This document shows positions 9,912-20,512 of a stretch of DNA of 64,000 nucleotides, one piece after another. The notes below the pieces were generated by a model that did not search any database, had not been told where the DNA came from, and was given only the letters and a program-made list of their open reading frames with translations. Positions within the stretch are counted from its first letter, which is position 1. Every line of letters starts with the position of its first letter. The stretch comes from Dehalococcoidia bacterium (GTDB lineage Bacteria > Chloroflexota > Dehalococcoidia > Plut-88900). The stretch spans positions 1,184,001 through 1,248,000 of the forward strand of contig OZ240215.1 of assembly GCA_965197585.1 (NCBI GenBank), in the 5' to 3' direction. A program made the position numbers and the translations under genes.

Positions 9912-10375
9912 TACCGCTGTCCTGAGTTCAGGCGCGCCCGGTGCTCCTCGTGCGCCTTGGCAATATCCGGGTGCTTGAGCCCAAGTATCTGCGCCGCGAA
10001 GAACGCCGCGTTCCTCGCACCCGCCTTCCCTATCGCCACAGTCGCAACCGGAATCCCTCCCGGCATCTGCACAATAGCCAGCAGCGCATCCAGCCCATCA
10101 AGGTCGCTGCCGGGCAGCGGCACCCCGATTATCGGGAGCGTGGTCCAGCTGGCCATCACACCCGGCAGGTGCGCCGCCATTCCGGCACCCGCGATAATCA
10201 CCTCCAGCCCCCTCTCCCTCGCCGTTATCCCGTACTCGCGGGCCTTCTCCGGTGTCCTGTGCGCGGATATGAAGTTCAGCTCGTAGGATATTCCCAGCTT
10301 GTCCAGGATACCCGTCGTCTCTTTTGCGTAAGGCTCATCAGATGGGCTTCCCATCACTATTCCAACTAAAGGCAT
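9911..10375 (-). CDS. purE: N5-CAIR mutase
   Basis: [37 protein letters not shown]. Start at ATG 10375, just after the purD stop. Confidence 0.96.
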   Translation of the reverse strand: MPLVGIVMGSPSDEPYAKETTGILDKLGISYELNFISAHRTPEKAREYGITARERGLEVIIAGAGMAAHLPGVMASWTTLPIIGVPLPGSDLDGLDALLAIVQMPGGIPVATVAIGKAGARNAAFFAAQILGLKHPDIAKAHEEHRARLNSGQR

Positions 10376-10376
10376 G

Positions 10377-11659
10377 TCACTCTCCTGCCGATACGGCCTC
10401 ACCAACGAGGCCAATGTCCTTTCGATATTGCCGCCCCTCGAACCCCACCCTCCCCACGTTGTCATATGCCCGCACCCGAGCCTCCTCCAAACTCCTCCCC
10501 CGACCCACCACGCTCAGTACGCGGCCGCCGGAAGTCTTAAGTTCTTTCGACCCTTCATCATAAAATGTTCCTGCGTGGAAGGCTAGGGTTTCTTCGTCCA
10601 GAGAGTCCAGCCCGGAGATAGCAAACCCTGTCCGGTATTTGCCCGGATACCCCCCCGAGGCCAGCACCACAGCCATCGACGCATCCCCGCTCCACTTCAC
10701 ATCCACCCCCGACAACCGGTCGTGAGCGACCGCATTGACGATTTCCACCAAGTCCGACTCCAGCCTCGGCAACACCCCCTGCGCTTCCGGGTCCCCGAGC
10801 CTGACGTTGAATTCCAGCACCCTCGGCCCGTCCTCAGTCATCATCACCCCGGCGTATAGCACCCCTTTGTAAGGGCACCCCATTGCCGCCATTGCCTTAA
10901 TGACGGGCACCGCCACCGTATCCCTCAACTCCCATGACTGCGCTTCATTCAGGAATTCTGCGGGCTGTAGCAGCCCATGCCGCCGGTATTGGGGCCCTTG
11001 TCCCCGTCCAGTTGTCGTTTGTAGTCGCAGGCCGTCACCGGCGCCGACACCGTATCCGCATCCGCAAATACGAACAGGCTCACCTCCCGACCCCTCAAAC
11101 ACTCCTCAATTACAACCCTGTCACCCGCCTCCCCAAACACCCGGCTCACCATCGCCTCGTCCACTGCCCTGTGCGCTTCCTCAACCGTTTCTGCAACGGT
11201 GACACCCTTGCCCGCAGCCAGACCATCAGCCTTAACAACCACCGCCCCCCCGACTTCCTCTACATAACGATGCGCCTCCCCAGCGGAGGAGAACCCCTGC
11301 CCCTTAGCGCACGCCACCCCAGCCCTCTCCATCACCTCTTTGGCAAATATCTTGGACGCCTCCAGTCGAGCCGCGGCCTTGCTCGGCCCAAACACCGGGA
11401 GTCCCAGCTCTTCGAACCGGTCCACGATCCCCTCAGCCAGAGGAGCCTCAGGCCCGACCACCGCAAGATCAATCCCGTGCTTTTCCACAGCCGACGCCAG
11501 CCCATCAATATCCGTCGCGGAAATGTCCAGATTCCTTGCTGCTTGTCTCGTGCCCCCATTCCCGGGCGCGGCAAACAGCTTTCCGGTTCGATGGCTTTGC
11601 GCTAGCTTCCAAACCAACGCGTGCTCCCGACCTCCGTTCCCAACAACCAGGATGTTCAC
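10377..11659 (-). pseudogene. purD: Phosphoribosylamine--glycine ligase split by a 1-bp frameshift (real lesion or sequencing error)
   Basis: ORF 10949-11659 (GNGGREHAL...GPNTGGMGCYSP) continues in another frame as EFLNEAQ...GVLYAGVM...VLEFNVRLGDPE...YRKDIG. The shift lies at about 10959-10964. Confidence 0.9.
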
Positions 11660-11692
11660 GATAGTCTCATCCCGGTCAAAACCCCTTCTGGT

Positions 11693-13375
11693 CTACTCCC
11701 ACTCAATGGTCGAAGGCGGCTTGCTGGAAATGTCGTAGACCACCCGGTTCACCCCCGGCACCTCGTTCACGATCCGGCTGGAAATCTGTGCCAGTACGTC
11801 GTACGGCAGCCGAGCCCAGTCCGCCGTCATCGCGTCCTCACTGGTCACCGCCCGGATCGCGACTATGCTCCCATAGGTGCGAAAGTCTCCCATAACACCT
11901 ACCGTATGAAGTGGCGTCAGCACCGCGAAGCTCTGCCACAGCTTGCCGTACAGCCCGCTGGCCTTGATCTCATCCATCACTATCCAGTCAGCGCTCCGAA
12001 GCACCTCCAACCGCTCCCTCGTCACCTCCCCGATTATTCTGATGGCCAACCCGGGGCCCGGGAACGGCTGCCGGTACACCATCTCTTCGGGCATTCCTAG
12101 CTCATCCCCGACTTCCCGCACCTCATCCTTGAACAGCTGCCGCAATGGCTCGACCAGCGACAGCTTCATCACATCCGGGAGTCCTCCCACGTTGTGGTGC
12201 GTCTTGATCGTCACCGATGGTGCATCCGCCGGGGGCAGGCTCTCGATTACGTCGGGGTACAACGTCCCCTGCGCCAGGTAGTTCACTTCGCCCAACTCTC
12301 CCGCCTCCTCCTCGAACACCCGGATGAACTCCTCCCCGATGATGTGCCGCTTCCTCTCCGGGTCGGTAACCCCTTCCAGCCTCTCCAAGAATCTGTCCAC
12401 TGCGTCCACGTATATCAGGTTCAGGTTCAGGTGCCGTTCGAACACCCCCCTCACCCTCTCCGACTCCTCCCTCCTCAGCAGCCCGTTGTCCACGAAGATG
12501 CACGTCAGCTGGTCCCCGATGGCCCTCTGCACCAGCGCCGCCGTCACCGCCGAGTCCACTCCCCCGGACAGCGCGCAGATCACTTTTCCTCCGCCCACCT
12601 GCTCCCGAATCCTGTCGGTGGCCTCGGTTATGAAGCTCGCAGGCGTCCACGTCCCTCTGCAGCCGCAGACCTCGTATAGGAAGTTCTTGAGGATGTCCGC
12701 TCCGTTCGGTGTGTGCGAGACCTCTGGATGAAACTGAAGCCCGATAATCCCCCGCTCGTTCCCCAGCACTGCGACCGGTGCGTTGTCTGTGTACGCCAGG
12801 CTCGAAAATCCGGGCGGCGGCTCAGATATCTCATCCCCGTGGCTCATCCACACCGGCATCTCCAGGGGAAGTCCCTTGAAAATCGGGTGATCGACCACGT
12901 TCTGGCGCAAAACCGCGTGCCCGTACTCCCTCTTCAACCCCGACGACACCTTACCTCCCAACTGATGGGTCAGAGCCTGCATGCCGTAGCAGATCCCCAG
13001 GATCGGGACTCCGCTTTCGTAGATGTAGGCCGGAGCCATAGGCGCCGAGGGCTCATAGACACTCGCTGGCCCGCCGGAAAGAATGAATCCCCTGGGGTTG
13101 AGCTTTGCGACCTGTTCCGGCGGTGCATTGTAGGGGAGAATTTCGCAGTAAACGTGGCACTCGCGCACCCGCCGGGCGATCAGCATGCTGTACTGGGACC
13201 CGAAATCCAGGACGACAACGGACTCCGGTTGGGAGGCGCGTTCCACCTGCGCGTCGGGGTGGGGAGTCTCTGCTTGACCTACCTTACTGCCCGCTATCTC
13301 AAGGTAGGTGGAGACTTCTAGATCGTCGGTGGCCGCAACTCTGCGGCTAAGATTTGTGGCTCCCTCTTCCGCCAA
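11693..13375 (-). CDS. guaA: GMP synthase (glutamine-hydrolysing) with N-terminal extension
   Basis: [50 protein letters not shown] start at 13375 follows GGAGG. Confidence 0.96.
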   Translation of the reverse strand: MAEEGATNLSRRVAATDDLEVSTYLEIAGSKVGQAETPHPDAQVERASQPESVVVLDFGSQYSMLIARRVRECHVYCEILPYNAPPEQVAKLNPRGFILSGGPASVYEPSAPMAPAYIYESGVPILGICYGMQALTHQLGGKVSSGLKREYGHAVLRQNVVDHPIFKGLPLEMPVWMSHGDEISEPPPGFSSLAYTDNAPVAVLGNERGIIGLQFHPEVSHTPNGADILKNFLYEVCGCRGTWTPASFITEATDRIREQVGGGKVICALSGGVDSAVTAALVQRAIGDQLTCIFVDNGLLRREESERVRGVFERHLNLNLIYVDAVDRFLERLEGVTDPERKRHIIGEEFIRVFEEEAGELGEVNYLAQGTLYPDVIESLPPADAPSVTIKTHHNVGGLPDVMKLSLVEPLRQLFKDEVREVGDELGMPEEMVYRQPFPGPGLAIRIIGEVTRERLEVLRSADWIVMDEIKASGLYGKLWQSFAVLTPLHTVGVMGDFRTYGSIVAIRAVTSEDAMTADWARLPYDVLAQISSRIVNEVPGVNRVVYDISSKPPSTIEWE

Positions 13376-13468
13376 GGAACCTCCTGTTGATCTCTGATTC
13401 AGACTAGCACCCGTGCTATACTGAGTCAAGGTAATTTCCGCCGTAATATCCGTCCTCCCGACTGCTCA

Positions 13469-14092
13469 ATGTCAACCTCCGGCGCAACCGACATCGAACA
13501 GGCTATCTCGATTCTTCAAAGCGGCGGCCTCGTCGCTTTCCCCACCGACACCCTTTACGGACTCGGCGCACACCCTTTCATTGAGTCCGCCGTACGCAGG
13601 CTCTACGACGCCAAAGGCAGACCCGACTCCAAACCCGTCCCTCTTCTCCTTTCCTCCGTCGACGACCTATCTCTCGTCTCCGACCAGACCGGGGGTCTCG
13701 CCCGTACCCTCGCCGAGGCCTTTTGGCCCGGTGCCCTCACTCTCGTCGTACGCTGCAGACCCGACATCCCCGGCCTCGTTAATGGCTGGGGCTCGACAGT
13801 CGCCGTGAGAGTCCCCGACCACCCGGTCCCCAGGCAGCTCGCCGCCGCCCTCGGAGCCCCGATAACCGGCACCAGCGCCAACATTGCCGGAGGCCCAAAT
13901 CCCGTCACCGCCCAGGAAGTCGCCGATCAGCTCGACGGCAAAATCGACTTGATAATCGACCGGGGCCCGTGCCTTGGCGCTCAACCCTCCACCATAGTGG
14001 ACGTATCCGGCGATAGTCCTATCATCCTGAGAGAGGGCGTAATCCCCCACACCGCTATCGAAGAGGCGTGCGGCCTTCCCGTAGCGCACTAA
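13469..14092 (+). CDS. tsaC: L-threonylcarbamoyladenylate synthase (Sua5/YrdC/TsaC)
   Basis: FPTDTLYGLG, KGRPDSKP, FWPGALT, TSANIAG, PSTIVD, ILREG. Confidence 0.93.
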   Translation: MSTSGATDIEQAISILQSGGLVAFPTDTLYGLGAHPFIESAVRRLYDAKGRPDSKPVPLLLSSVDDLSLVSDQTGGLARTLAEAFWPGALTLVVRCRPDIPGLVNGWGSTVAVRVPDHPVPRQLAAALGAPITGTSANIAGGPNPVTAQEVADQLDGKIDLIIDRGPCLGAQPSTIVDVSGDSPIILREGVIPHTAIEEACGLPVAH

Positions 14093-14106
14093 GCCGACCC
14101 CTGAAT

Positions 14107-15297
14107 ATGACCAAGAAAACAGTCAACGAGATCGACGTAAAAGGCAAGCGGGTCCTTGTCAGGGTCGACTTCAACGTCCCTCTTGACCCGGAGACCGGCG
14201 CCATCCTCGACGATAGCCGCATCAGGGCTTCCCTTCCCACCATTCAGCTACTCTTGGACCGGGGCACAAGTTTGGTCATTTGCTCCCACATGGGTCGCCC
14301 TAAGGGCAAAGTGGACGAAAAGCTCAGGCTCGCCCCCGTCGCCCGACGCCTCTCCGACCTCATTGGCCGACCTGTCCAAATGGCAGACGCTGTAATCGGT
14401 GATGGTGTCGCTTCCCAGGCCGAGGCCCTTTCCGCAGGCGACATCCTCTTCCTCGAAAACCTCCGCTTCGACTCCCGTGAGGAAGCCAACAACCCCGAAT
14501 TCGCCGCCTCCCTCGCCAACCTCGCCGATATATTCGTCAACGATGCCTTCGGCGCAGCCCATAGGGCCCATGCCTCTACTGAAGGTGTTGCCCACCACTT
14601 GCCTTCGGTAGCAGGCCTCCTTCTTGACCGTGAACTGAAATATCTCGGCATGGCCTCGGAAAACCCCGCCCGACCCCTCACCGTCCTCTTCGGCGGCGCC
14701 AAGATCAGCGACAAGATCGCCGCAGCCCAGAGACTCATGGAAAAGCTGGACGTCCTCCTTGTCGGTGGCGGGATGTGCGCCACCTTCTTCAAGGCCCGCG
14801 GCCAGGAAATAGGCCGCTCCATCTACGAAGAACAGAGCCTCGACTTCGTGTCGGGCATCATGGCCCGGGGGGAACAGGGGAACGTAACCGTGGCCCTCCC
14901 TATCGACGTCGTAATAGCCAAGGAGTTCAGCCCAAACGCCTCCCCCGAGACCGTCACCGCCGACGCCGTACCCACCGACTCCATGATCTTGGACATCGGC
15001 CCCAGGACCGTTTCCCTATTCAAAGATTACATAACGCGCGCCAAGACCGTCTTCTGGAACGGCCCAATGGGTGTCTACGAGTTCCCCGCCTTCTCCCACG
15101 GCACCCGAGCCATGGCCCAGGCCCTCGCAGAGTCTGACGCCGTTACGGTGGTCGGTGGCGGCTCCACCGCCGACGCCGTCGCCGCTTTCGGCCTGGCCGA
15201 CCGCATGGACCACGTCTCCACCGGCGGCGGCGCATCCCTCGAATTTCTCGGCGGCAGCACCCTCCCCGGTGTCGCCGCCCTAATGGACGCTACATGA
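14107..15297 (+). CDS. pgk: Phosphoglycerate kinase
   Basis: RVDFNVP, SHMGRP, ENLRF, DAFGAAHRAHAS, WNGPMG, HVSTGGGASLEFL. Confidence 0.97.
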   Translation: MTKKTVNEIDVKGKRVLVRVDFNVPLDPETGAILDDSRIRASLPTIQLLLDRGTSLVICSHMGRPKGKVDEKLRLAPVARRLSDLIGRPVQMADAVIGDGVASQAEALSAGDILFLENLRFDSREEANNPEFAASLANLADIFVNDAFGAAHRAHASTEGVAHHLPSVAGLLLDRELKYLGMASENPARPLTVLFGGAKISDKIAAAQRLMEKLDVLLVGGGMCATFFKARGQEIGRSIYEEQSLDFVSGIMARGEQGNVTVALPIDVVIAKEFSPNASPETVTADAVPTDSMILDIGPRTVSLFKDYITRAKTVFWNGPMGVYEFPAFSHGTRAMAQALAESDAVTVVGGGSTADAVAAFGLADRMDHVSTGGGASLEFLGGSTLPGVAALMDAT

Positions 15298-16505
15298 ACA
15301 AAAACCACCAGCTCATTTCTCAAGTCTCCCGGTCCACCGACTCCAAGATCGTCTTTTTGGTCATCGACGGCCTCGGCGGCCTCCCCCACCCCGACACCGG
15401 CAAAGCCGAGCTTGAGACTGCTTCAACCCCTAACCTTGATCGTCTCGCCTCCCTCTCCATGTGCGGGCTCACCGTACCCGTGGCCCCCGGAATCATCCCC
15501 GGCAGCGGCCCCGGCCACCTGGCTCTTTTCGGCTACGACCCGGTAGCGAACCTTATCAAGCGCGGGGTCCTTGAAGCAGCCGGTATTGGTATAGACCTCA
15601 CCCCCGACGACCTAGCCGTTCGCGGCAACTTCTGCACCGTCAACACCGAGGGCGTAATCACCGACCGCCGAGCCGGACGCCTAGCCTCCAGCGAGTCCCG
15701 TGAGCTCTGCCGTCTCCTCAATAACATTGAGGTGGAAGGCGCTCAGGTTGACGTTCATCCCGTCGAGTCCCACCGCTTCGTCATCGTCTTCCGTGGCCCG
15801 GGTCTCAGTGAAGACCTTGCCGACACCGATGAACAGGTCAACGGCGTCGTTCCCCCTCCCGTCCGCCCCACCCACCCCGGAGACCAGCCCACCGCCGACA
15901 TCGTCAATGCCGCCGTCGAGAAAATCAAGGATATCCTGAAAGACGCTGGAAGCCCCGCCAACATGCTCACCCTCCGGGGCTTCTCCAAGCTCCCGGACAT
16001 GCCTTCCATGTCTAAGGTTTATAAGCTCAACCCCCTTGGAATCGCCACCTATCCCATGTACCGTGGCCTCGCCCGGCTTGTAGGCATGAAAGTTATGGCC
16101 AAGGGCCCGAGGTTCACCAATGTCGTCGACGAAATGATCGCCAACTACGACGACCACGACTTCTTCTTCATCCACTACAAGGGCGCCGACACCGCTGGCG
16201 AAGACGGCAACTTCGATGCCAAGGTTCGTGCCCTGGAGGAAGTCGACGCCCCTCTAAAACAAATCATCGACCTCCGCCCTGACGTTTTCGTCATCGCCGG
16301 AGACCACTCGACTCCCGCCATCTGGGCAAACCACAGCTGGCATCCCGTCCCCTTCATGATGTGGAGCCGCTGGTCCCGCCCCGACACTGTGACCCAGTTC
16401 AGCGAACGCGCCTGCGCCCAAGGCGTCCTCGGCGAATTCGCCGCCACAGACGTCATGTCCTTGGCCCTGGCCCACGCCGGCAAACTAATCAAATTCGGCG
16501 CCTAA
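15294..16505 (+). CDS. apgM: 2,3-bisphosphoglycerate-independent phosphoglycerate mutase, archaeal type
   Basis: IDGLGG, TPNLD, PGSGPGHLALFGYDP, DRRAGR, AGDHSTP, HSWHPVP. Confidence 0.93.
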   Translation: MNKNHQLISQVSRSTDSKIVFLVIDGLGGLPHPDTGKAELETASTPNLDRLASLSMCGLTVPVAPGIIPGSGPGHLALFGYDPVANLIKRGVLEAAGIGIDLTPDDLAVRGNFCTVNTEGVITDRRAGRLASSESRELCRLLNNIEVEGAQVDVHPVESHRFVIVFRGPGLSEDLADTDEQVNGVVPPPVRPTHPGDQPTADIVNAAVEKIKDILKDAGSPANMLTLRGFSKLPDMPSMSKVYKLNPLGIATYPMYRGLARLVGMKVMAKGPRFTNVVDEMIANYDDHDFFFIHYKGADTAGEDGNFDAKVRALEEVDAPLKQIIDLRPDVFVIAGDHSTPAIWANHSWHPVPFMMWSRWSRPDTVTQFSERACAQGVLGEFAATDVMSLALAHAGKLIKFGA

Positions 16506-16524
16506 CCAAAAGAGAGAGGCTTCA

Positions 16525-17295
16525 ATGCCCAACACCCGACTCCCCCTAATCGCCGGCAACTGGAAAATGAACACCACCGTCGCCGAAGCCCTAGCCCTAG
16601 CCAAGGCCCTCGCCTCGAACCTGAACGGCGCACCCGGCGTAGAAGTCCTCCTCTGCCCACCCTTCATATCCCTCACGATAGTCGGCAGCGAGATATCCGG
16701 CACGACCCTCAAGCTCGGCGCCCAAAACCTCCACCCCGAGCCCAAAGGCGCATTCACCGGCGAAGTCTCCCCGACCATGCTCACGGGTCTCTGCGACTAC
16801 GTCATCGTCGGCCACTCGGAGCGGCGTGCCCTCTTCGGAGAGGACGACGATTTCGTAAACCGCAAGCTCCATGCAGCCTTGGCACATGACATAACTCCCA
16901 TCCTCTGCGTCGGCGAGACCCTCGCCCAGCGCGAGGCCAACACCACCGAAGAAGTCCTCACCCGACAGGTCATTGGCGGCCTCAAAGACGTGCCCCACGA
17001 CTCCAACTTAGTCGTCGCCTACGAACCTGTCTGGGCCATCGGCACCGGCAAAGCCGCCTCCGCCTCCGACGCCAAACAGGCCATCGCCCTTATTCGCCGA
17101 ACCATCGGCCAACAGCTTGGCAGCCAGGTCGCTGAAAGGACCCGCATCCTATACGGCGGCAGCGTCAAGTCCTCCAACATCCGCGACTTCATAACGTCCG
17201 ATGACATCGACGGAGCCCTCGTCGGAGGCGCGAGCCTCGACCCCGACGACTTCTCCGGTATCGTGTCGGCATCCTCCCAGGCCCGGCCGGACTGA
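16525..17295 (+). CDS. tpiA: Triosephosphate isomerase
   Basis: AGNWKMN, GAFTGEVS, GHSERR, AYEPVWAIGTG, YGGSV, LVGGASL. Confidence 0.97.
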   Translation: MPNTRLPLIAGNWKMNTTVAEALALAKALASNLNGAPGVEVLLCPPFISLTIVGSEISGTTLKLGAQNLHPEPKGAFTGEVSPTMLTGLCDYVIVGHSERRALFGEDDDFVNRKLHAALAHDITPILCVGETLAQREANTTEEVLTRQVIGGLKDVPHDSNLVVAYEPVWAIGTGKAASASDAKQAIALIRRTIGQQLGSQVAERTRILYGGSVKSSNIRDFITSDDIDGALVGGASLDPDDFSGIVSASSQARPD

Positions 17296-17297
17296 TC

Positions 17298-18224
17298 TTG
17301 GCCGGACTGGTCGCCATCGTCGGGCCCACCGCCACGGGCAAGAGCGCCCTCGCTCTGAATCTCGCCGAGAACCTCGGCGGCGAGATAATCAACGCCGACA
17401 GCCGACAGGTCTACCGGTACATGGATGTCGGCACCGCCAAACCCCCACCCCAGGACTTCGCCCGCGTCCCCCATCATCTCTACGACCTCGTGGACCCCGA
17501 CGAATCCTTCAACCTTGCCCTTTATCTTGAGCAGGCCAACCTCTCCGTGGACGACATCTATTCCAGGAGCCGAGTCCCCATCCTTGTCGGCGGCAGCGGC
17601 CTCTACGTCTGGGGGTTCCTGGAAGGCATGTCTATCCCCCACGTTCTCCCCAACCCCGACCTCCGAGCCCGCCTTGAAAAAGAAGCCGCCACCCTTGGCC
17701 CTCAAGTCCTCCACGACCGCCTCAACACCGTAGACCCCGACGCTGCCGCCTCCATCGACCCCCGCAACATCCGTCGAGTAATCCGCGCCCTCGAAGTCTT
17801 CGAAGTCTCCGGTGTGCCATTCTCCAAGCAGGTCCAGAAAAAAGGCCTCGACTACCCAGTCCTGATCATCGGCCTCAACGCCCCCCGAGACACCCTTCAC
17901 CCCCGCACCGACACACGCGTCGACTCCATGATCGAAGCCGGCTTCGTGGAAGAAGTCAGCGACCTGCTGGGCCGGGGCTATGGTCTGGGCTTGCCATCCA
18001 TGTCGGGAGTGGGTTATAAACAGCTCGGCTCGTACCTGAACTGCGAATGCACCCTCGAAGCCGCAGTCGAGAAGACCAAGACCGAGACCCATCGGCTAAT
18101 TCGCCATCAGTCCGCCTGGTTCAAGCCCGGAGACCCTAGAATAGACTGGTATGATATAAGCAAAGACTTCACCGGCCCCGTAACCGAACGGGTGTCAGAA
18201 TTCGTATCTGAGACGCAAATATAA
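17298..18224 (+). CDS. miaA: tRNA dimethylallyltransferase
   Basis: GPTATGKS, DSRQVYRYMDVGTAKP, VGGSGLY, RRVIRALEV. Confidence 0.96.
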   Translation: MAGLVAIVGPTATGKSALALNLAENLGGEIINADSRQVYRYMDVGTAKPPPQDFARVPHHLYDLVDPDESFNLALYLEQANLSVDDIYSRSRVPILVGGSGLYVWGFLEGMSIPHVLPNPDLRARLEKEAATLGPQVLHDRLNTVDPDAAASIDPRNIRRVIRALEVFEVSGVPFSKQVQKKGLDYPVLIIGLNAPRDTLHPRTDTRVDSMIEAGFVEEVSDLLGRGYGLGLPSMSGVGYKQLGSYLNCECTLEAAVEKTKTETHRLIRHQSAWFKPGDPRIDWYDISKDFTGPVTERVSEFVSETQI

Positions 18225-18256
18225 GACCTGACTGAATAACCGGAGACCACCGCCCC

Positions 18257-19123
18257 ATGACTATCAGCTTCACCAAGATGCACGGAATCGGCAACGACTA
18301 CATCCTCATCGACGCCCGACAAGTCGAAAAAGACTGGTCCCGGGTCGCCGTCGACATCTGTGACCGCCATTTCGGCGTCGGCGGCGACGGCATCCTCCTC
18401 ATCAGGGACTCCGACGTGGCCGACTGCCGTATGCAGATCTACAACCCAGACGGCTCCGAGGCCGAGGCCTGCGGCAACGGCATCCGTATGTTCTCCAAGT
18501 ACGTAGTCGAACAGGGTGTCGTATCCGCACCGGAAGACCGGCTGGTAGTCCAGACCCTCGGTGCAGTAGGAAAGATTGAACTCTCCCGTAACAACGGCAG
18601 CGTCTCTTCCGTCCGCGCCTCCATGGGCCCGGCCCGGCTCCGCCCATCCCAGGTGCCCGTCGCCCTTTCTGACGGCCCCGCTGTCGTCAAGGACTACCCG
18701 GTAGAGCTCGGCGACCGCACCGTCCCTGTAACCTGCGTATCGATGGGCAACCCCCACGCAGTCCACTTCACCGACATTCCCGTCGACGAGTTCCCCCTCT
18801 CAGACGTCGGCCCCCGACTCGAGAATCACCCATTCTTCCCCGCACGCGTCAATTTTGAAATAGTTAACATAATCGATAGAAGTCACGTCAGAGCCCGAGT
18901 CTGGGAGCGCGGCGTCGGTGAGACCCTTGCCTGCGGCACGGGTGCTTGCGCCATTGCCGTCGCTTCCTGCCTTCACGGCCTCACCGATAGCCCCGTCAAC
19001 GTCCAACTTCCTGGCGGCTCCCTGGTCATCGAGTGGGATGGCGAGGGTGACGTGTTCCTCTCCGGCCCCGCCGAATACGTGTTTACAGGCGTCTGGGAAG
19101 AGCCCGGCGTCGGAGGAAACTAA
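18257..19123 (+). CDS. dapF: Diaminopimelate epimerase
   Basis: FTKMHGIGNDY, EACGNGIR, SMGNPH, VWERGVGETLACGTGACA. Confidence 0.96.
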   Translation: MTISFTKMHGIGNDYILIDARQVEKDWSRVAVDICDRHFGVGGDGILLIRDSDVADCRMQIYNPDGSEAEACGNGIRMFSKYVVEQGVVSAPEDRLVVQTLGAVGKIELSRNNGSVSSVRASMGPARLRPSQVPVALSDGPAVVKDYPVELGDRTVPVTCVSMGNPHAVHFTDIPVDEFPLSDVGPRLENHPFFPARVNFEIVNIIDRSHVRARVWERGVGETLACGTGACAIAVASCLHGLTDSPVNVQLPGGSLVIEWDGEGDVFLSGPAEYVFTGVWEEPGVGGN

Positions 19124-19124
19124 A

Positions 19125-20285
19125 TTGAGGATAGCAAAAAGGCTTGATGCCATCCCGCCCTACCTGTTCGTCGCCATCAACCAGAAAATCGCTCAGAAGA
19201 AGGCCGAGGGCCATGACGTCATAAGTTTCGCCATCGGCGACCCCGACCTCCCCACCCCGCCCCACATCCTTGATCGCCTTTTCAAGGAGAGCCACAACCC
19301 CGCCAACCACCGCTACCCCGAGTCCGACGGCCTCCCCGAGTTCCGCAAGGGCGTCGCCGACTGGTACAAGTCCAGGTTCAACGTGGACCTCGATCCCAAC
19401 TCCGAAGTCATCTCCCTCATCGGCTCCAAGGAGGGCATCGCCCACGTCGCCTTCTGCCTCATCGACCCCGGTGACATTGCCCTCGTCCCCGATCCCGCCT
19501 ACCCCGTCTATTCGATGGGCACACTCTTCGCCGGCGGCGAGAGCTATCCCGTCCCCCTCATGGAGGAGAACGGCTATTTGCCCGACCTAGAAGACATCCC
19601 CTCCGAAATCCTCCAGCGTGCCAAGGTCCTGTGGATCAATTACCCCAACAACCCCACTGGCGCTATTGCCGATGTCGACTTCTACTCCCGCGTCGTCGAG
19701 TTCGCCAAGAAGCACGACATCGCCGTCTGCAACGACGCTCCCTACAGTGAGATCGGCTTCGATGGCTACCGGCCCGCCAGCTTCCTGGAAGCGGAGGGCG
19801 CCAAGGACGTTGGCATAGAGTTCCACTCCTTCTCCAAGACCTACAACATGACCGGGTGGCGGGTCGCCATGGCCGTCGGCAACGCAGAGCTCATCAACGC
19901 CCTGAACACCGTGAAGTCCAACATGGACTCCGGCCTGCCCCAGGCCATCCAGTACATGGCCCTCGAGGCCCTAGAAGGCCCCCAGGACTGCGTCGATGAG
20001 AATGTAGCCATATACCAGCGCCGCCGCGACAAACTGGTGGCAGGGCTGGCAAAACTCGGACTTCGAGTGCTGCCTCCCCAGGCCAGCTTCTATCTCTGGG
20101 CCCGTGTCCCGGAGGGCTACACCTCCGCCGAGTACTGCGCCAAGCTCATCGACGAGGTCGCCGTCGTCGTCACGCCCGGATCGGGCTACGGTCAACAGGG
20201 AGAAGGCTACATCCGACTCTCAATGTCCCTCCCTGACGACCGCATCGACGAAGCCCTCGCCCGCATAGAGTCTCTCGCCCCGTGA
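19125..20285 (+). CDS. dapL: LL-diaminopimelate aminotransferase (class I/II PLP enzyme)
   Basis: PPYLF, IGDPD, LIGSKEG, NYPNNPTG, SFSKTYNMTGWR. Coupled to dapF, TTG start at 19125. Confidence 0.88.
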   Translation: MRIAKRLDAIPPYLFVAINQKIAQKKAEGHDVISFAIGDPDLPTPPHILDRLFKESHNPANHRYPESDGLPEFRKGVADWYKSRFNVDLDPNSEVISLIGSKEGIAHVAFCLIDPGDIALVPDPAYPVYSMGTLFAGGESYPVPLMEENGYLPDLEDIPSEILQRAKVLWINYPNNPTGAIADVDFYSRVVEFAKKHDIAVCNDAPYSEIGFDGYRPASFLEAEGAKDVGIEFHSFSKTYNMTGWRVAMAVGNAELINALNTVKSNMDSGLPQAIQYMALEALEGPQDCVDENVAIYQRRRDKLVAGLAKLGLRVLPPQASFYLWARVPEGYTSAEYCAKLIDEVAVVVTPGSGYGQQGEGYIRLSMSLPDDRIDEALARIESLAP

Positions 20286-20398
20286 CCTTGAGCTTTGTTA
20301 TCCCAACTCCCAATGGTATGAAGGGGCTTCCCCATTCCTTCTGCCTCGACGATGCCTTTGTATTCGCCCCAATTAGGGACTGCGGGGGGAGGTCCAGT

Positions 20399-20431
20399 CC
20401 CCTCTCCCTTGACGGGAGAGGGTGAGGGTGA
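20399..20431 (+). repeat. REP-like palindrome family C (CCCTCTCCC-TTGAC-GGGAGAGGG...GTGAGGGTGA)
   Basis: Uninterrupted copies here and at 52402-52440. Interrupted copies near 21826, 23337, 30128, 38942, 40375, 49891, 58725. Confidence 0.85.
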
Positions 20432-20512
20432 GATTACTCCTAAAGAGTTGTTTAACAAACATCCCTCGCCGGATCAGACAAACGTAAGCGTGAATCCTCT
20501 CAGGAGGTCCCC

